A DNA stretch of 64,000 bases from Candidatus Freyarchaeum deiterrae. GTDB lineage: Archaea; Asgardarchaeota; Jordiarchaeia; Jordiarchaeales; Jordiarchaeaceae. Under the pieces are notes generated by a model. That model worked only from the letters and a program-made list of their open reading frames with translations. It did not search any database and was not told the DNA's origin. Shown here one piece after another: positions 24,338-34,842 of the stretch. The position numbers and the translations under genes were made by a program. The DNA lies in NCBI GenBank assembly GCA_037305845.1, contig CP147778.1, positions 1,824,001 to 1,888,000 of the forward strand, read 5' to 3'. Each line of letters begins with the position of its first letter. The stretch's first letter is position 1.

Positions 24338-25417
24338 TTATTTGGTTTTGAGTTGCTTTTTAAGATTGTAAGGTGGTTCTATGATTTGTTTTTCTGTTAC
24401 TATCTTTGAGATATACTTCGCAGGCGTGATGTCGAATACGGGGTTTTTAGCTAGGTCTTTAGAATATAGCTTAATTGTTTGAATTTCCTTTTTTTCTTCA
24501 TTGCAACCCTTTAAATAAGTTATCTCTTTTGAGTCCCTCTCCTCTATTATAACGTCTTCGGCCTTTTGATTAAGGTCTATAGATGTTATGGGGGCGGCTA
24601 CAACGAAAGGGATTTTGTTTTCATGTGCCAGTATTGCCAACGTATATGTGCCAATCTTGTTTATGATGTCGCCATTTGATAATATTCTATCAGCACCCAC
24701 TAACACTATTCGGACATCTCCATTTTTAATATAATATCCTGCGGCGTTATCTGCTATAACATAGTGTTCGATGTCCTCCTGTATCAACTCCCAGCTGGTG
24801 AGTCTCCCCTGCAGCCAGGGACGCGTTTCGGTTGCCAATACATAGAAGTCTTTATTCTGATAGTGAGCGAACCTTATTATGCTTAAGGCAGTTCCATAAT
24901 CAACTGTTCCTAAGGCTCCGGTGTTGCAGTGTGTTAGCACCCCGCCCTTATCTTTGATTAAGTTTCTGCCCAAGAGTCCAATGTTCTTGCATGCTTCCGC
25001 GTTTTCCTCCGCTATACGCTGAGATTCATTAATAGCAATTTCTACGCATTGTTGAGGAGTTTCTGCTTGCTTCATAGCTATAAGCATTCTCGCAACCATG
25101 TTGTGCATATCTACGGCGGTGGGACGAGTGTTAAGAAATTCTTGGGCAACATCCTCCATTTGCTTCCAGAATTTTTTTGTTTCCAAACCATTGAATTCCA
25201 TGGCGGCTTGTGCTAATCCATATGACGCAGCTACACCGATTGCTGGTGCTCCTCTAATCTGCATTCTTCTTATTGCTTCGGCGGTTTCTTTGTAGTTTTT
25301 TGTCTGGTGGACTTTAAATTCAAAAGGTAATTTGGTTTGATCAATCATGTTAACTGTTTCGCCATCCATCCAAACGTTGCGGTAGCTCACCGTCTTCCCG
25401 TCAATTTTAACCTTCAT
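24338..25417 (-). CDS. mtnA: S-methyl-5-thioribose-1-phosphate isomerase
   Basis: IDQTKLP, MQIRGAPAIG, TRPTAV, LTHCNTGAL, ETRPWLQG and NKIGTY motifs; directly upstream of mtnP. Confidence 0.92.
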   Translation of the reverse strand: MKVKIDGKTVSYRNVWMDGETVNMIDQTKLPFEFKVHQTKNYKETAEAIRRMQIRGAPAIGVAASYGLAQAAMEFNGLETKKFWKQMEDVAQEFLNTRPTAVDMHNMVARMLIAMKQAETPQQCVEIAINESQRIAEENAEACKNIGLLGRNLIKDKGGVLTHCNTGALGTVDYGTALSIIRFAHYQNKDFYVLATETRPWLQGRLTSWELIQEDIEHYVIADNAAGYYIKNGDVRIVLVGADRILSNGDIINKIGTYTLAILAHENKIPFVVAAPITSIDLNQKAEDVIIEERDSKEITYLKGCNEEKKEIQTIKLYSKDLAKNPVFDITPAKYISKIVTEKQIIEPPYNLKKQLKTK

Positions 25418-25660
25418 GGAGACACCTCAAAAGCAACTAAAACATGTTGTACCTCGTTTCCTATTACACTAATGCTCCTTTATGAGTTTTCTCAGAACTT
25501 TTCCAGGATACACTTCAATAAATCTATCATCTCTAATACTAGATCAAAATATGCAGCCTTCCTGCGAAGACATACAAAGTAGTAACTTTTTTTAACTAAA
25601 ACTTTTGCTAATTTATTGTTGGGCAAACTTCAGATTATGAAAAGTAGAGGTGACGATTCA

Positions 25661-26743
25661 ATGGATTACTACAACCGAGACCGACTTCAAAAATATTTCA
25701 GCAAAATACTCGGCGCCGATGTGAAGATTATAAATATTAGAGGGATAGGTGGAAAAGATGAAGAGCAATTGAAAAAGGGTGGACATAGTATCCATCATTT
25801 AGTAGAGCTAGAGCTTAAAGGCGCTAGAAAAAAGTACGTGATAGAAGTCGTAGCGCCTTCACAATTTGGACATGAAACCATGCCTGACCGGGCGCAGGTT
25901 GCTCTCTTAGCTCATAACACTTATAATCTCCTGCCTCTTCACGCCCGTTCGCTAGACTGTGGAGCATTTATGAAGGATGGGAGCATCGTTTCGGTAGGCA
26001 ATGCTGAAGAATTTTTCATGAATATTGAGTTCATTGAAGGCACCATTTACAAAGTTGATTTGTATAACATTTCTGATAGGGGCAATTTGGCAGATTTGGA
26101 TAAGCAACGAACACAGAAGTTATCCGATTATCTAGTAGAAATTCATGCCCAGAAAAAGAATGAACCGGGCCTCTACATTAAAAGAATTAGAGAATTAGTG
26201 GGACATGGTGAGTGCATTTTTGGATTAACTGATTCTTACCCTCCAGATTTTGAATTTGCCGGTTCTAAAAGGCTTAGTGAGATAGAAAAGAAATGTATAG
26301 ATTGGCGGTGGAAACTTAAGAACTATACACATAGACTGTGTCAAGAACACGGTGATTTTCATCCTTGGAATATTATATTTAGGGAAGGCACAGATTTATC
26401 GGTGTTTGATAGAAGTCGTGGAGAGTGGGGAGAAGCCGCTGACGATGTTACCGCTTTAACCATAAACTACATTTTCTTTAGCATAATAAAGTATGGAAAG
26501 CTCAAGGGAGCCTTCGAAGAGCTTTATCATCTATTCTTTAATAATTATTTGGAAAAAACTGGCGACGAAGAGATACTCGAAGTCCTACAACCCTTCTACG
26601 CTTGGAGGTGTCTGGTGACCGCAAACCCTATTTGGTACCCTCATTTGAAGGCGGATACACGAATCAAACTGTTCAACTTCATAGACAACGTTTTGAACTC
26701 TGATATCTTTGACCCCAAAGAGGTAAACTCATATCTTAAATAG
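25661..26743 (+). CDS. APH/choline-kinase family phosphotransferase
   Basis: HGDFHPWNI and FDRSRGEWGE motifs; ATG at 25661 follows GAGGTGA. Confidence 0.8.
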   Translation: MDYYNRDRLQKYFSKILGADVKIINIRGIGGKDEEQLKKGGHSIHHLVELELKGARKKYVIEVVAPSQFGHETMPDRAQVALLAHNTYNLLPLHARSLDCGAFMKDGSIVSVGNAEEFFMNIEFIEGTIYKVDLYNISDRGNLADLDKQRTQKLSDYLVEIHAQKKNEPGLYIKRIRELVGHGECIFGLTDSYPPDFEFAGSKRLSEIEKKCIDWRWKLKNYTHRLCQEHGDFHPWNIIFREGTDLSVFDRSRGEWGEAADDVTALTINYIFFSIIKYGKLKGAFEELYHLFFNNYLEKTGDEEILEVLQPFYAWRCLVTANPIWYPHLKADTRIKLFNFIDNVLNSDIFDPKEVNSYLK

Positions 26744-26831
26744 CTAGTAATACCCCCTCATGAGCCATACCGAAAGTAGTTTCAAATAATATATGCCCTG
26801 TTTTCGATTCCACAAAATTTAATTATCTAAT

Positions 26832-27884
26832 TTGTTACGTAAATTTGTTATTTCCATTGAGTATCAGGTTCTGATAAATTTGCCAAATAAAGAAAAGGTT
26901 GCAATTTCGGGTTCTGCAGCATTTGACGTAATAGCCTTTACCGAAGAAACACTCGATGAAATTTTTATGCATGCTCTTGAAAAAAAGGAAGGAGATACAA
27001 GGATTAGCTTTTCTTTTTTGGTAAATAAAAAGGTATCATTCGGCGGAACCGCTTTAAACATCGCGTATAACATGAAATTAACTAATGGTGATCCTTTTCC
27101 AATATCTTGTGTTGGAAAGGATTTCGTCAACCGTAATTATAAAAAACATTTGGAAAATCTCGGTATCGATCTAAGTGGGTTAGTGGTAAAAGAGGGGGAA
27201 GACACCGCCGAGGCTTATATTGTAACAGGCAGAATAGGAGATCAAATGTCCATTTTCCATACCGGGGCACTTAGTGATACCTGTAACATAAAAATTAAAG
27301 AAATAATAAAAAATAAAAAAGTTGAAATGAGCATAATATCACCAAACCCTGTAAATACCATGCTACGGCACTCTAATGAATTTCAGAAACTAAATATTCC
27401 CTTTATTGCAGACCCGGGACAAATGATCAACAATTTTAAACCCGAAGAATTACAAGAATTTGTCAGTAACGCATCAATGCTAATAGTTAATGATTACGAA
27501 GCAAATCTGGTTGAAAACAAATTACCAAACAAGCTAAAAAATATCATAGATCCGGTAATTATTACTCGCGGTGAGCACGGCTGCTCTGTCTATAAAAAAG
27601 ATGATCATGTCGACATACTGGCGGTAAAAATATCAAAACTGGTGGACCCCACAGGCGCGGGCGATGCTTTTAGAGGCGGCTTATTATCAGGGCTATCTAA
27701 AATTAATCAGAAACTAGAAGATTTAACCCTACAAGAACTAAAAACAGCGTGTCAGATGGGAGCAGTCTGCGGCGGATACGCCGTGGAAAAAGAAGGAACC
27801 CAAAACCATCAATTCTCAATCGAAGAATTCAAAGCAAGATACGAAAAAAATTACGGAAAAATCGATGAAGAACTTACATACTGA
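26832..27884 (+). CDS. PfkB-family nucleoside kinase (start probably TTG at 26880)
   Basis: SGSAAFD, FGGTALNIAY, ADPGQ and DPTGAGDAFRGG motifs. Confidence 0.85.
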   Translation: MLRKFVISIEYQVLINLPNKEKVAISGSAAFDVIAFTEETLDEIFMHALEKKEGDTRISFSFLVNKKVSFGGTALNIAYNMKLTNGDPFPISCVGKDFVNRNYKKHLENLGIDLSGLVVKEGEDTAEAYIVTGRIGDQMSIFHTGALSDTCNIKIKEIIKNKKVEMSIISPNPVNTMLRHSNEFQKLNIPFIADPGQMINNFKPEELQEFVSNASMLIVNDYEANLVENKLPNKLKNIIDPVIITRGEHGCSVYKKDDHVDILAVKISKLVDPTGAGDAFRGGLLSGLSKINQKLEDLTLQELKTACQMGAVCGGYAVEKEGTQNHQFSIEEFKARYEKNYGKIDEELTY

Positions 27885-28051
27885 AACTTTAAGAATACCG
27901 AAGCACTACAACACTTCTAAACTTGTAATTAGTTTAGCAAGCCTCATTTTATATCCACTTTAAAAATACACGCAAGCTGTTCAACTAAACAGATAAAATT
28001 TTAAAAAACCGAAGCCTCTTCCCCAAAGAGGAGAAATTGCAACTTAAATGG

Positions 28052-28594
28052 TTAGTAATATCTATCCAGAATTTCATTAAGAATTTTTTTAGCGTTTTCC
28101 AGCGCTGTAAACTTCACAGAGTCCAGCAGTATGTCGGGATTTTCAGGCACTTCAAATAAGACGCCCAATCCCGGCACAGTATCACTTTCCCCCGCTAATC
28201 CCCTCTTATATATGTCTCTCGGAGCCCCATAGGTTTCCTTCCTTTCCGCCTCTCTCTTCATACAAATTTCCAAAGGACACTCCACATAAGCTATCAAGAT
28301 GTTTTCAATTTCATCCTTTCCCTTTTCACGATAAGCACTACGATTAGCCGTCGCATCCAGTATAACATTTACCTCATTTTGGTTCAAGATTTTCGCTATA
28401 AAAACCAGCGTTGAATAAACCACTCCACGTTCCTTCTCAGTATAGGTTGGTTCAGGTGTTACCACCTTTCTGAGAATATCCGTACCCAAAACTTGGGCAT
28501 GCAATCCACTCTCCTCTAAAAGAGACTCAAGCTCTCTCGCTATAGTCGATTTACCTGAACCAGGGCGTCCGCAAATCCACACCGTCCAAGCCAA
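28052..28594 (-). CDS. Adenylyl-sulfate kinase-like P-loop kinase
   Basis: TVWICGRPGSGKST, LDATAN and VPGLGVLFEVPENPD motifs. Confidence 0.8.
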   Translation of the reverse strand: MAWTVWICGRPGSGKSTIARELESLLEESGLHAQVLGTDILRKVVTPEPTYTEKERGVVYSTLVFIAKILNQNEVNVILDATANRSAYREKGKDEIENILIAYVECPLEICMKREAERKETYGAPRDIYKRGLAGESDTVPGLGVLFEVPENPDILLDSVKFTALENAKKILNEILDRYY

Positions 28595-28762
28595 TCAAGA
28601 AACCTCCAAGTTGGATGTACGTTTCCTACTCCTCAAAAGATTTATTAACCAAAAAATTACTTTTCCATAATTAATTTATTAGGGAAATGGTTCAATCATA
28701 ATTCTATCATAAAATTTTTATCTATAAAGTTTAACCCTAAAAAAACTGTTGAGGGAATAACA

Positions 28763-29647
28763 ATGGATAGAGTAATAATTGGAGGTTCTTCCTCATATGT
28801 TTTAGCAATAAAGATAGCAAGAGAACTTAACGCAACTCTACTAGGAACGGATATTAAAAAATTTCCTGACGGAGAAAAATACGTCCGCATAAACGGAAAC
28901 TTGAACGGAGTCGATGCGGTAGTAGTTCAGTCAATGTACCTCAACCCTGACGAGTACCTTATGGAATACTTCCTAATGGTTGAAGCTCTGAAAGATTCGG
29001 GGGCAAAAAAAGTTACAGGCGTAATCCCCTACTTCGCTTACGCAAGGCAGGATGATAAATTCAACCCCGGGGAAGCAATAAGCCTCAGAACTGTCTCCAA
29101 ACTCATAGAAACCGTGGGAACAGACCAACTTTTTACTGTTGATATACATCTCCACAGAGTGGAAGATATGAGCAAAATTTTCAACACCCCCGCAGAAAAC
29201 CTCACAGCTATACCTGATATAGCCCGCTATATAGGAGAACACCTATCCTTAGAAAAGCCTCTAATTATAGGACCAGACGAAGAAGCAGAACAATGGGCTC
29301 GGACCGCAGCAGAACATTTGGAAACAGATTATGATGTACTAGAAAAAAAGAGACTGTCGTCAACAGAGGTCGAAATAACAACCAGAGAACTGGACGTGAA
29401 AAATAGAAACGTAGTAATAATAGACGACATTATATCCACAGGAGGAACAATCGCAAAAACCATCGAAGCACTCAAAAAGAAAGGCGCGAAAAAAATAGTC
29501 GCCGCATGCAGCCACCCCGTCTTAGTAGATAATGCACTTAAAAAGATATACACGGCCGGAGCATACAATGTTATAGGAACCACAAGTATCCCCTCTCCCA
29601 TATCTGTCGTTGAAATAGCAGGTACCCTAGCAAATGCTTTAAAATAA
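28763..29647 (+). CDS. prs: Ribose-phosphate pyrophosphokinase (paralog 1)
   Basis: FPDGEKYVRI, PYFAYARQD and IIDDIISTGGT motifs. Confidence 0.95.
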   Translation: MDRVIIGGSSSYVLAIKIARELNATLLGTDIKKFPDGEKYVRINGNLNGVDAVVVQSMYLNPDEYLMEYFLMVEALKDSGAKKVTGVIPYFAYARQDDKFNPGEAISLRTVSKLIETVGTDQLFTVDIHLHRVEDMSKIFNTPAENLTAIPDIARYIGEHLSLEKPLIIGPDEEAEQWARTAAEHLETDYDVLEKKRLSSTEVEITTRELDVKNRNVVIIDDIISTGGTIAKTIEALKKKGAKKIVAACSHPVLVDNALKKIYTAGAYNVIGTTSIPSPISVVEIAGTLANALK

Positions 29648-29759
29648 AAAGTGCCATTTTTCCAATTATCTCCTAATATAAGTTCACAGATACGAAAAAT
29701 TTATCTGATAATAAACATCTAAAACTCATGCCAGAAAGGGCTGCGAAGCCCAAAGAAAT

Positions 29760-29884
29760 CCCGCAGTAACTCAGACTGGCTAGAGTGCCCGGCTGTAGAG
29801 TTGCACTTGTCAGTGTGACTATTCCCAGTAGGCACTCGCACAGACACCGGGACGTCGCAAGTTCAAATCTTGCCTGCGGGACCA
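29760..29884 (+). tRNA. tRNA-Tyr(GTA) with a 47-nt intron at 37/38 (29799-29845); CCA encoded
   Basis: Acceptor CCCGCAG/CTGCGGG, anticodon GTA at 29795-29797, BHB CTGT-AG^A / ACAG-AC^A, T-loop GTTCAAATC. Confidence 0.95.
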
Positions 29885-30007
29885 TTCTTTTATGTTTTCT
29901 CTTCGGTCTTCGTTTCTTATTGATTTTTAAGTGGGTTAGAACGCGTTTTCTGGGAATACTTATAAAGCTTTTATGTAAGTGTTTTAGTAGTTTTATGGAT
30001 AGATTGT

Positions 30008-31180
30008 TTGGTGTTGTGTATTGCTATGATGTTGCCCTCGTTACAGTTTGGGTTAACGAGTACTGATCCTACCCTCAACCTCATCTACGTCCTTCTGTCT
30101 ATTTTATCGTTTGTGTTCATTATTATCATGATGTTCAGTGGGCTTCTTTTAAAAGTTCAGTCTAATCAGTATTTGGCTCAGATTCGGGGGGTCATAACTC
30201 AGCTCGAGAAGTGGTCTGATGAGGGCAAAAATGTTACAATAAAGATGATTAGAGAGTTGGGTAAGCCTGAGAAGGATCCCACCTCCTTGGTTGAGAATTA
30301 TATGGAATTTATTTTGATTGAGCCTGTGGAGCGTGATCCCTCGGGTGTTCTTAAAAGACTTGAACACCTGCTTGATGTGAGGAAATCTAGATTTGATGAT
30401 GTTGTTACGCAGTTGGCTCCTGCGGCTGATCGCGATCAGCAGGCTAATATCGAGATGACCTTTGAAGCAGCTATGGCTTTGCGTCAAATGTTCTTGGTTA
30501 TTCGGCACCTGTACTTTATGGGTAAAGAAACCAATAATTTTGCCATGATTGCAAGTATTCAGATTATGCTTTCAATTATTATGAAGTACGCTAAGGCTTA
30601 TTACACCGCTTTAAAGGCCTTCACCGAAGGGCAACCCATTGGTGATGGCGCGGGTGCACTTGCAGCCTCCATTCTTATGAATGAATTCTCGAAGAACGGA
30701 AACTATGAGACTAGCGAAATCGCTGAAGACATATCTTTAACTAATACAGTCTTCGAGGATAGAAATGTGTTAATTGTGAGAGCTATTGGTCCAGGTGGAC
30801 GTATTGGAAAGCCAGGCGATGCTATTGTTACTCTGATTAAGGAATCTAATGGTAATATTGCTAGAGTTATTATGATAGACGCAGGAGCAAAATTTGAGGG
30901 AGAAAAGACTGGTAAAATAGTGGAAGGCGTAGGCGCAGCTATTGGTGGACCGGAGGTCGATAAGTTTAAGATAGAAGAAAAGGTAACCAGCCAGAAAGTT
31001 CCTTTAGATGCGATTATAATTAAACTGTCCATCGAGGAGGCCTTAACTCCCATGTCGAAAGAAATTTTTGATGGGGCTTATAAAGCTGCAGAGCGTGTGA
31101 AAAACATAATCCTTGAACGCACCAAATCTGGGGACACAGTTATTGTTGCAGGCATAGGAAACTGTATGGGTATAGGATAA
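30008..31180 (+). CDS. DUF1512-family membrane protein
   Basis: IEPVERDPSG, GQPIGDGAG, MIDAGAKFEGEKTG and AGIGNCMGIG motifs. Confidence 0.85.
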   Translation: MVLCIAMMLPSLQFGLTSTDPTLNLIYVLLSILSFVFIIIMMFSGLLLKVQSNQYLAQIRGVITQLEKWSDEGKNVTIKMIRELGKPEKDPTSLVENYMEFILIEPVERDPSGVLKRLEHLLDVRKSRFDDVVTQLAPAADRDQQANIEMTFEAAMALRQMFLVIRHLYFMGKETNNFAMIASIQIMLSIIMKYAKAYYTALKAFTEGQPIGDGAGALAASILMNEFSKNGNYETSEIAEDISLTNTVFEDRNVLIVRAIGPGGRIGKPGDAIVTLIKESNGNIARVIMIDAGAKFEGEKTGKIVEGVGAAIGGPEVDKFKIEEKVTSQKVPLDAIIIKLSIEEALTPMSKEIFDGAYKAAERVKNIILERTKSGDTVIVAGIGNCMGIG

Positions 31181-31197
31181 AATAGAGGAAGATAATT

Positions 31198-31611
31198 ATG
31201 CCGCAAAAAAGAAGAACACTCCTAAATGTGGTTTTATTTACATTCTCAGGTGTGATTGCCGCATTCGGGGTTTACCTGATATATCTTTACTTAACCCCTT
31301 CGTTTTACGATCTGTTTAATGATCTGTTTACTGGTATTAGAAATCAGAGATTGTTCTACGCCTTTTTGTCATTTCTCATTGCTGCTTATCCTGCTTTAGC
31401 ATTTTCTCGCTCTAAGCCGGTTAAAGAGTATAAGACGGTGACTGTTGTGAACTGTTATGGTTGTGATTACCGAGAGATTAGAGAATTCCAAAAAGGTGAC
31501 TATATTTTTAAAAAGTTGGGTGCTTGTAGCGCTTGCGGTTCTGAACAATACATAAGTGCTATATACTCTATACCATTGTCTAAAGTTGAGGAGAAGGAAG
31601 AAGCTCTCTAG
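31198..31611 (+). CDS. Small membrane protein with a C-terminal Zn ribbon
   Basis: Two TM segments; CxxC...REFQKGDYIFK...CxxC...ISAIY. Confidence 0.8.
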   Translation: MPQKRRTLLNVVLFTFSGVIAAFGVYLIYLYLTPSFYDLFNDLFTGIRNQRLFYAFLSFLIAAYPALAFSRSKPVKEYKTVTVVNCYGCDYREIREFQKGDYIFKKLGACSACGSEQYISAIYSIPLSKVEEKEEAL

Positions 31612-32483
31612 GCAGAAGTTACCTCACATCCATTTTTCTTAACAATTAACGTGTGTTCAGCCTGTGAAACAACGCCTCTTTCTCTTTCCACCAAAACCGG
31701 ATAGTCTTGAAATGTGTCAGTCGACGCGAATTTTTTGATAAGCTCTTGGGCTTTTGGAAATTTGGAGACCAACCATCTAGCTGTGAAAGGTAGAGTTTTA
31801 AACTCGTGAGCAATGTACGATAAAAATGGGTTTGAAGTTTTCTGGCTAGGCATCCTGTAAATATAGGCGTATTTAGAATCATCAACCATTCCTGCCCCTG
31901 TTGTAGCGAAGGGTTCAATCGCGTAAACTTCGCCTTCTTTTAAAGCAAATCCTACCATTGTTTTAACGTTTGGAATGGATTTTCCAGCGTGAAGATTATA
32001 CCTGTCTAACAAGTGACCTGTAAGGTTAGATATGGGTTTGAAGCCAAATTCTTTTATTGTTTTCTCAACTATTTCGCCTATGTGATTTGATTTCACTCCA
32101 TGTTTGATGGTTTTCAAAGCGTTTTCAAGAGCAGACTCTGAAGCTTTAACCAATTCTAGGCTCACCTTACCAACACTCACAGTTAGCGATGTGTCGGCAA
32201 TAAAACCTCCAACATGAACCCCGATATCTACCTTAACTAAAGACTTAGGAGGAATAGTAGATTTATCACCCGGCGGAGAAGTATAATGTGCTGCAACATC
32301 ATTCAACGAGATATTTAGTGGGAACGCCAGCTTACCATTCTCCTTTATGATCTTTTTCTCTAACGTTTCACAGATTTTTATTAGCGGAGTTCCCTCTTTA
32401 ACTATTTTTTCCGCTTCCGCTCTAACCTTTGCTGCTATATTTCCAGCTGTCCTATAAGCTTCTAAAGCCTGGGCATCTAGCAT
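31608..32483 (-). CDS. map: Type II methionine aminopeptidase
   Basis: AAHYT, KVDIGVHVGGFIADT, NLTGH, AIEPFAT and SQAEHT motifs. Confidence 0.95.
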   Translation of the reverse strand: MLDAQALEAYRTAGNIAAKVRAEAEKIVKEGTPLIKICETLEKKIIKENGKLAFPLNISLNDVAAHYTSPPGDKSTIPPKSLVKVDIGVHVGGFIADTSLTVSVGKVSLELVKASESALENALKTIKHGVKSNHIGEIVEKTIKEFGFKPISNLTGHLLDRYNLHAGKSIPNVKTMVGFALKEGEVYAIEPFATTGAGMVDDSKYAYIYRMPSQKTSNPFLSYIAHEFKTLPFTARWLVSKFPKAQELIKKFASTDTFQDYPVLVERERGVVSQAEHTLIVKKNGCEVTSA

Positions 32484-32587
32484 TATTTATATCCCCTTTC
32501 ATATGTTTCAGTATGTGAAATATAATTGTTCTGTGAAGATGTACATATAACTATTATCAGTCTACTAGCGATGTTGGAGAGGATAGT

Positions 32588-33061
32588 ATGCCATACAAGT
32601 TTAAATTGGTAGGAGTTTCAGGGACCTTTGATAGACTTCATATCGGACACATAGCCCTGCTACGTAAGGCCTTTGAGGTCAGCGAACGCGTAGCGATTGG
32701 ACTAACTACAAGCAGAATGATTCAACACAAAAATCTTGCAGAGAAAATAGAACCCTATGAGGTGAGAAAGAAAAAATTGGAGGAATTTCTCAAAAAAGAG
32801 GGCTATCTAGAAAGAGCTGAAATATTGAGCTTGGATGATCCCTACGGCCCAGCCATAATGGACTCGGGATTAGAAGCATTAGTCGCAACTGAAGAAACCT
32901 CGACCGGAGTTGAAAAAATTAATATAATACGCAGAGAGAAAGGGTTACCACCTCTAGAAGTCGTACTAGCACCCATCATATTAGCCGAAGATAAGAAGCG
33001 TGTTTCAAGTACACGAATTCGTGAAGGAAGAATCAATGCGCAAGGAAAACTACTGAAATAA
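32588..33061 (+). CDS. coaD: Phosphopantetheine adenylyltransferase (archaeal/eukaryotic type)
   Basis: GTFDRLHIGH, DPYGP and SSTRIR motifs. Confidence 0.92.
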   Translation: MPYKFKLVGVSGTFDRLHIGHIALLRKAFEVSERVAIGLTTSRMIQHKNLAEKIEPYEVRKKKLEEFLKKEGYLERAEILSLDDPYGPAIMDSGLEALVATEETSTGVEKINIIRREKGLPPLEVVLAPIILAEDKKRVSSTRIREGRINAQGKLLK

Positions 33062-33311
33062 TCCCGTTATTATTTTAACAGAATTAAAAATTGCCCAAAT
33101 ATGTGTTACAGGTGATTATAATTGTATTATTTTTATATACACTTTTTACACATCTATTTAACAGTTGTTTATTATAACATTTCCAAAAATATTTATGAGT
33201 GTTATTAGATAAAGGATAACCCAAATTTTTTTAAGAGTTCTTAGCATTTGGTTAAACGCTGAGTCAGTAATTAGTTACTAGCCCCTTAGATTTAGCTCTG
33301 GAGGAAAGAGT

Positions 33312-34835
33312 ATGGAGAAAGAGCAATGGAAATTACGCGAAATAGAGCTTAAAATTCTAAAAGCTTTGAACAAAAGCAAAGCCGAAATGACAATCAGTGA
33401 TTTAGAAAAAGTAACAGGGCTGGATCACGTTGCAATAATTAGAGCCGCAGCTTGGCTAAGTGAGAAAGGTTTAGTGAAACAAAAAGAAACACAAGAAGTT
33501 TATGTTGAGCTACTCACGGAGGGCTACGAATATGTGGAGCAAGGGCTTCCAGAGAGAAAGCTTCTAAATACTATTGTAAAGTTAGGAGGAAGCGCTACTT
33601 TATCTCAGCTTTCTAAGGAAACCGGTCTTTCCGATAAAGACTTGAACATAGCTCTTGGATGGATTCGAAAAAAGGGCTGGGCTAACTTTAGGAAGCAGGA
33701 TGGCGAAAATCTCCTACAGGTTAAAGAGTCTCCTCCTCTTGGAGATGACGAAGAATTATTGAAAGTTTTAAAGGATAAGGGTGAAATGGAAGTCTCCCAA
33801 CTTTCAGATGAAACGAGAAAAACTCTTGATTTCCTGCAAAAGAGAGAACTGATCAATACGCGTCAAGAAACAATCCGTTCTCTGGCTCTTACTGAGGCGG
33901 GAATAAAACTCGTTCAGTCTGGTGTCAGTGTTACAGAGGAAGTTAGCAACCTGACTTCAGAACTCATCAAGTCAGGAAAATGGCGTGAAACTGTACTTAG
34001 AAAATACGATATTGAGGCTCCGGTTAGCTCTGTCTACCCTGGAAAAATTCATCCAGTCATAGAATTAATTAATGAGATTAGGGAAATTTTTTTGGACTTG
34101 GGTTTTACAGAAATAAGGGGGCCGTTTGTTGAATCCGCTTTCTGGAACTTTGATGCGTTATTCCAACCTCAGGATCACCCTGCACGTGAGATGCACGACA
34201 CATTTTACTTAAAATTTCCGAAAACTGCTAAATTACCCGACAAACAAATAGTGCAAAATGTATCTAAAACTCATGAAAACGGATGGGAAACGGGTTCAAC
34301 TGGCTGGGGCTATAAATGGAGCAGTAAAGTTGCTCGTCAAACAATTTTAAGAACACACACCACAGCAACAACGATTCGTTACTTAGCAGAGCACCCAGAT
34401 CCTCCAGTAAAGGTTTTTTCCGTTGATAGAGTTTATAGAAACGAGAAATTGGACTATAAGCATCTAGCAGAATTCTTCCAAATAGAAGGTATAGTTGTAG
34501 ATGAAAATGTGACACTAAGAGACCTTATGGGAACCCTGACCGAATTTTACAAGAATCTCGGATTCGAGAAAGTGCAGTTCTGGCCTAGTTATTTCCCTTA
34601 CACGGAGCCTTCGCTTCAGTCTACCGTTTATGTGGAAGAATTTGGTTGGATAGAACTCTGTGGAATGGGAATCTTTCGCCCCGAAGTAACGCTTCCCCTA
34701 GGTGTTAAGGTTCCTGTACTTGCTTGGGGTGGCGGTTTCGAGAGGCTTGCTATGCTACGCCTCGGTTTAGAAGATGTGAGAGAACTTTATAAAAACGATT
34801 TAGCATGGATTAGAAAAACCCCCATTCTTCTCTAG
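33312..34835 (+). CDS. pheS: Phenylalanine-tRNA ligase alpha subunit
   Basis: FWNFDALFQPQDHPAREMHDTF, LRTHTT and YFPYTEPS motifs. Confidence 0.97.
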   Translation: MEKEQWKLREIELKILKALNKSKAEMTISDLEKVTGLDHVAIIRAAAWLSEKGLVKQKETQEVYVELLTEGYEYVEQGLPERKLLNTIVKLGGSATLSQLSKETGLSDKDLNIALGWIRKKGWANFRKQDGENLLQVKESPPLGDDEELLKVLKDKGEMEVSQLSDETRKTLDFLQKRELINTRQETIRSLALTEAGIKLVQSGVSVTEEVSNLTSELIKSGKWRETVLRKYDIEAPVSSVYPGKIHPVIELINEIREIFLDLGFTEIRGPFVESAFWNFDALFQPQDHPAREMHDTFYLKFPKTAKLPDKQIVQNVSKTHENGWETGSTGWGYKWSSKVARQTILRTHTTATTIRYLAEHPDPPVKVFSVDRVYRNEKLDYKHLAEFFQIEGIVVDENVTLRDLMGTLTEFYKNLGFEKVQFWPSYFPYTEPSLQSTVYVEEFGWIELCGMGIFRPEVTLPLGVKVPVLAWGGGFERLAMLRLGLEDVRELYKNDLAWIRKTPILL

Positions 34836-34842
34836 AATTCAA

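Noticed and set aside
29783-29837. tRNA-Tyr intron segment GGCACTC complementary to its own D-arm GAGTGCC
   Set aside because: Only 7 bp, and no C/D boxes to suggest a guide; could be chance.
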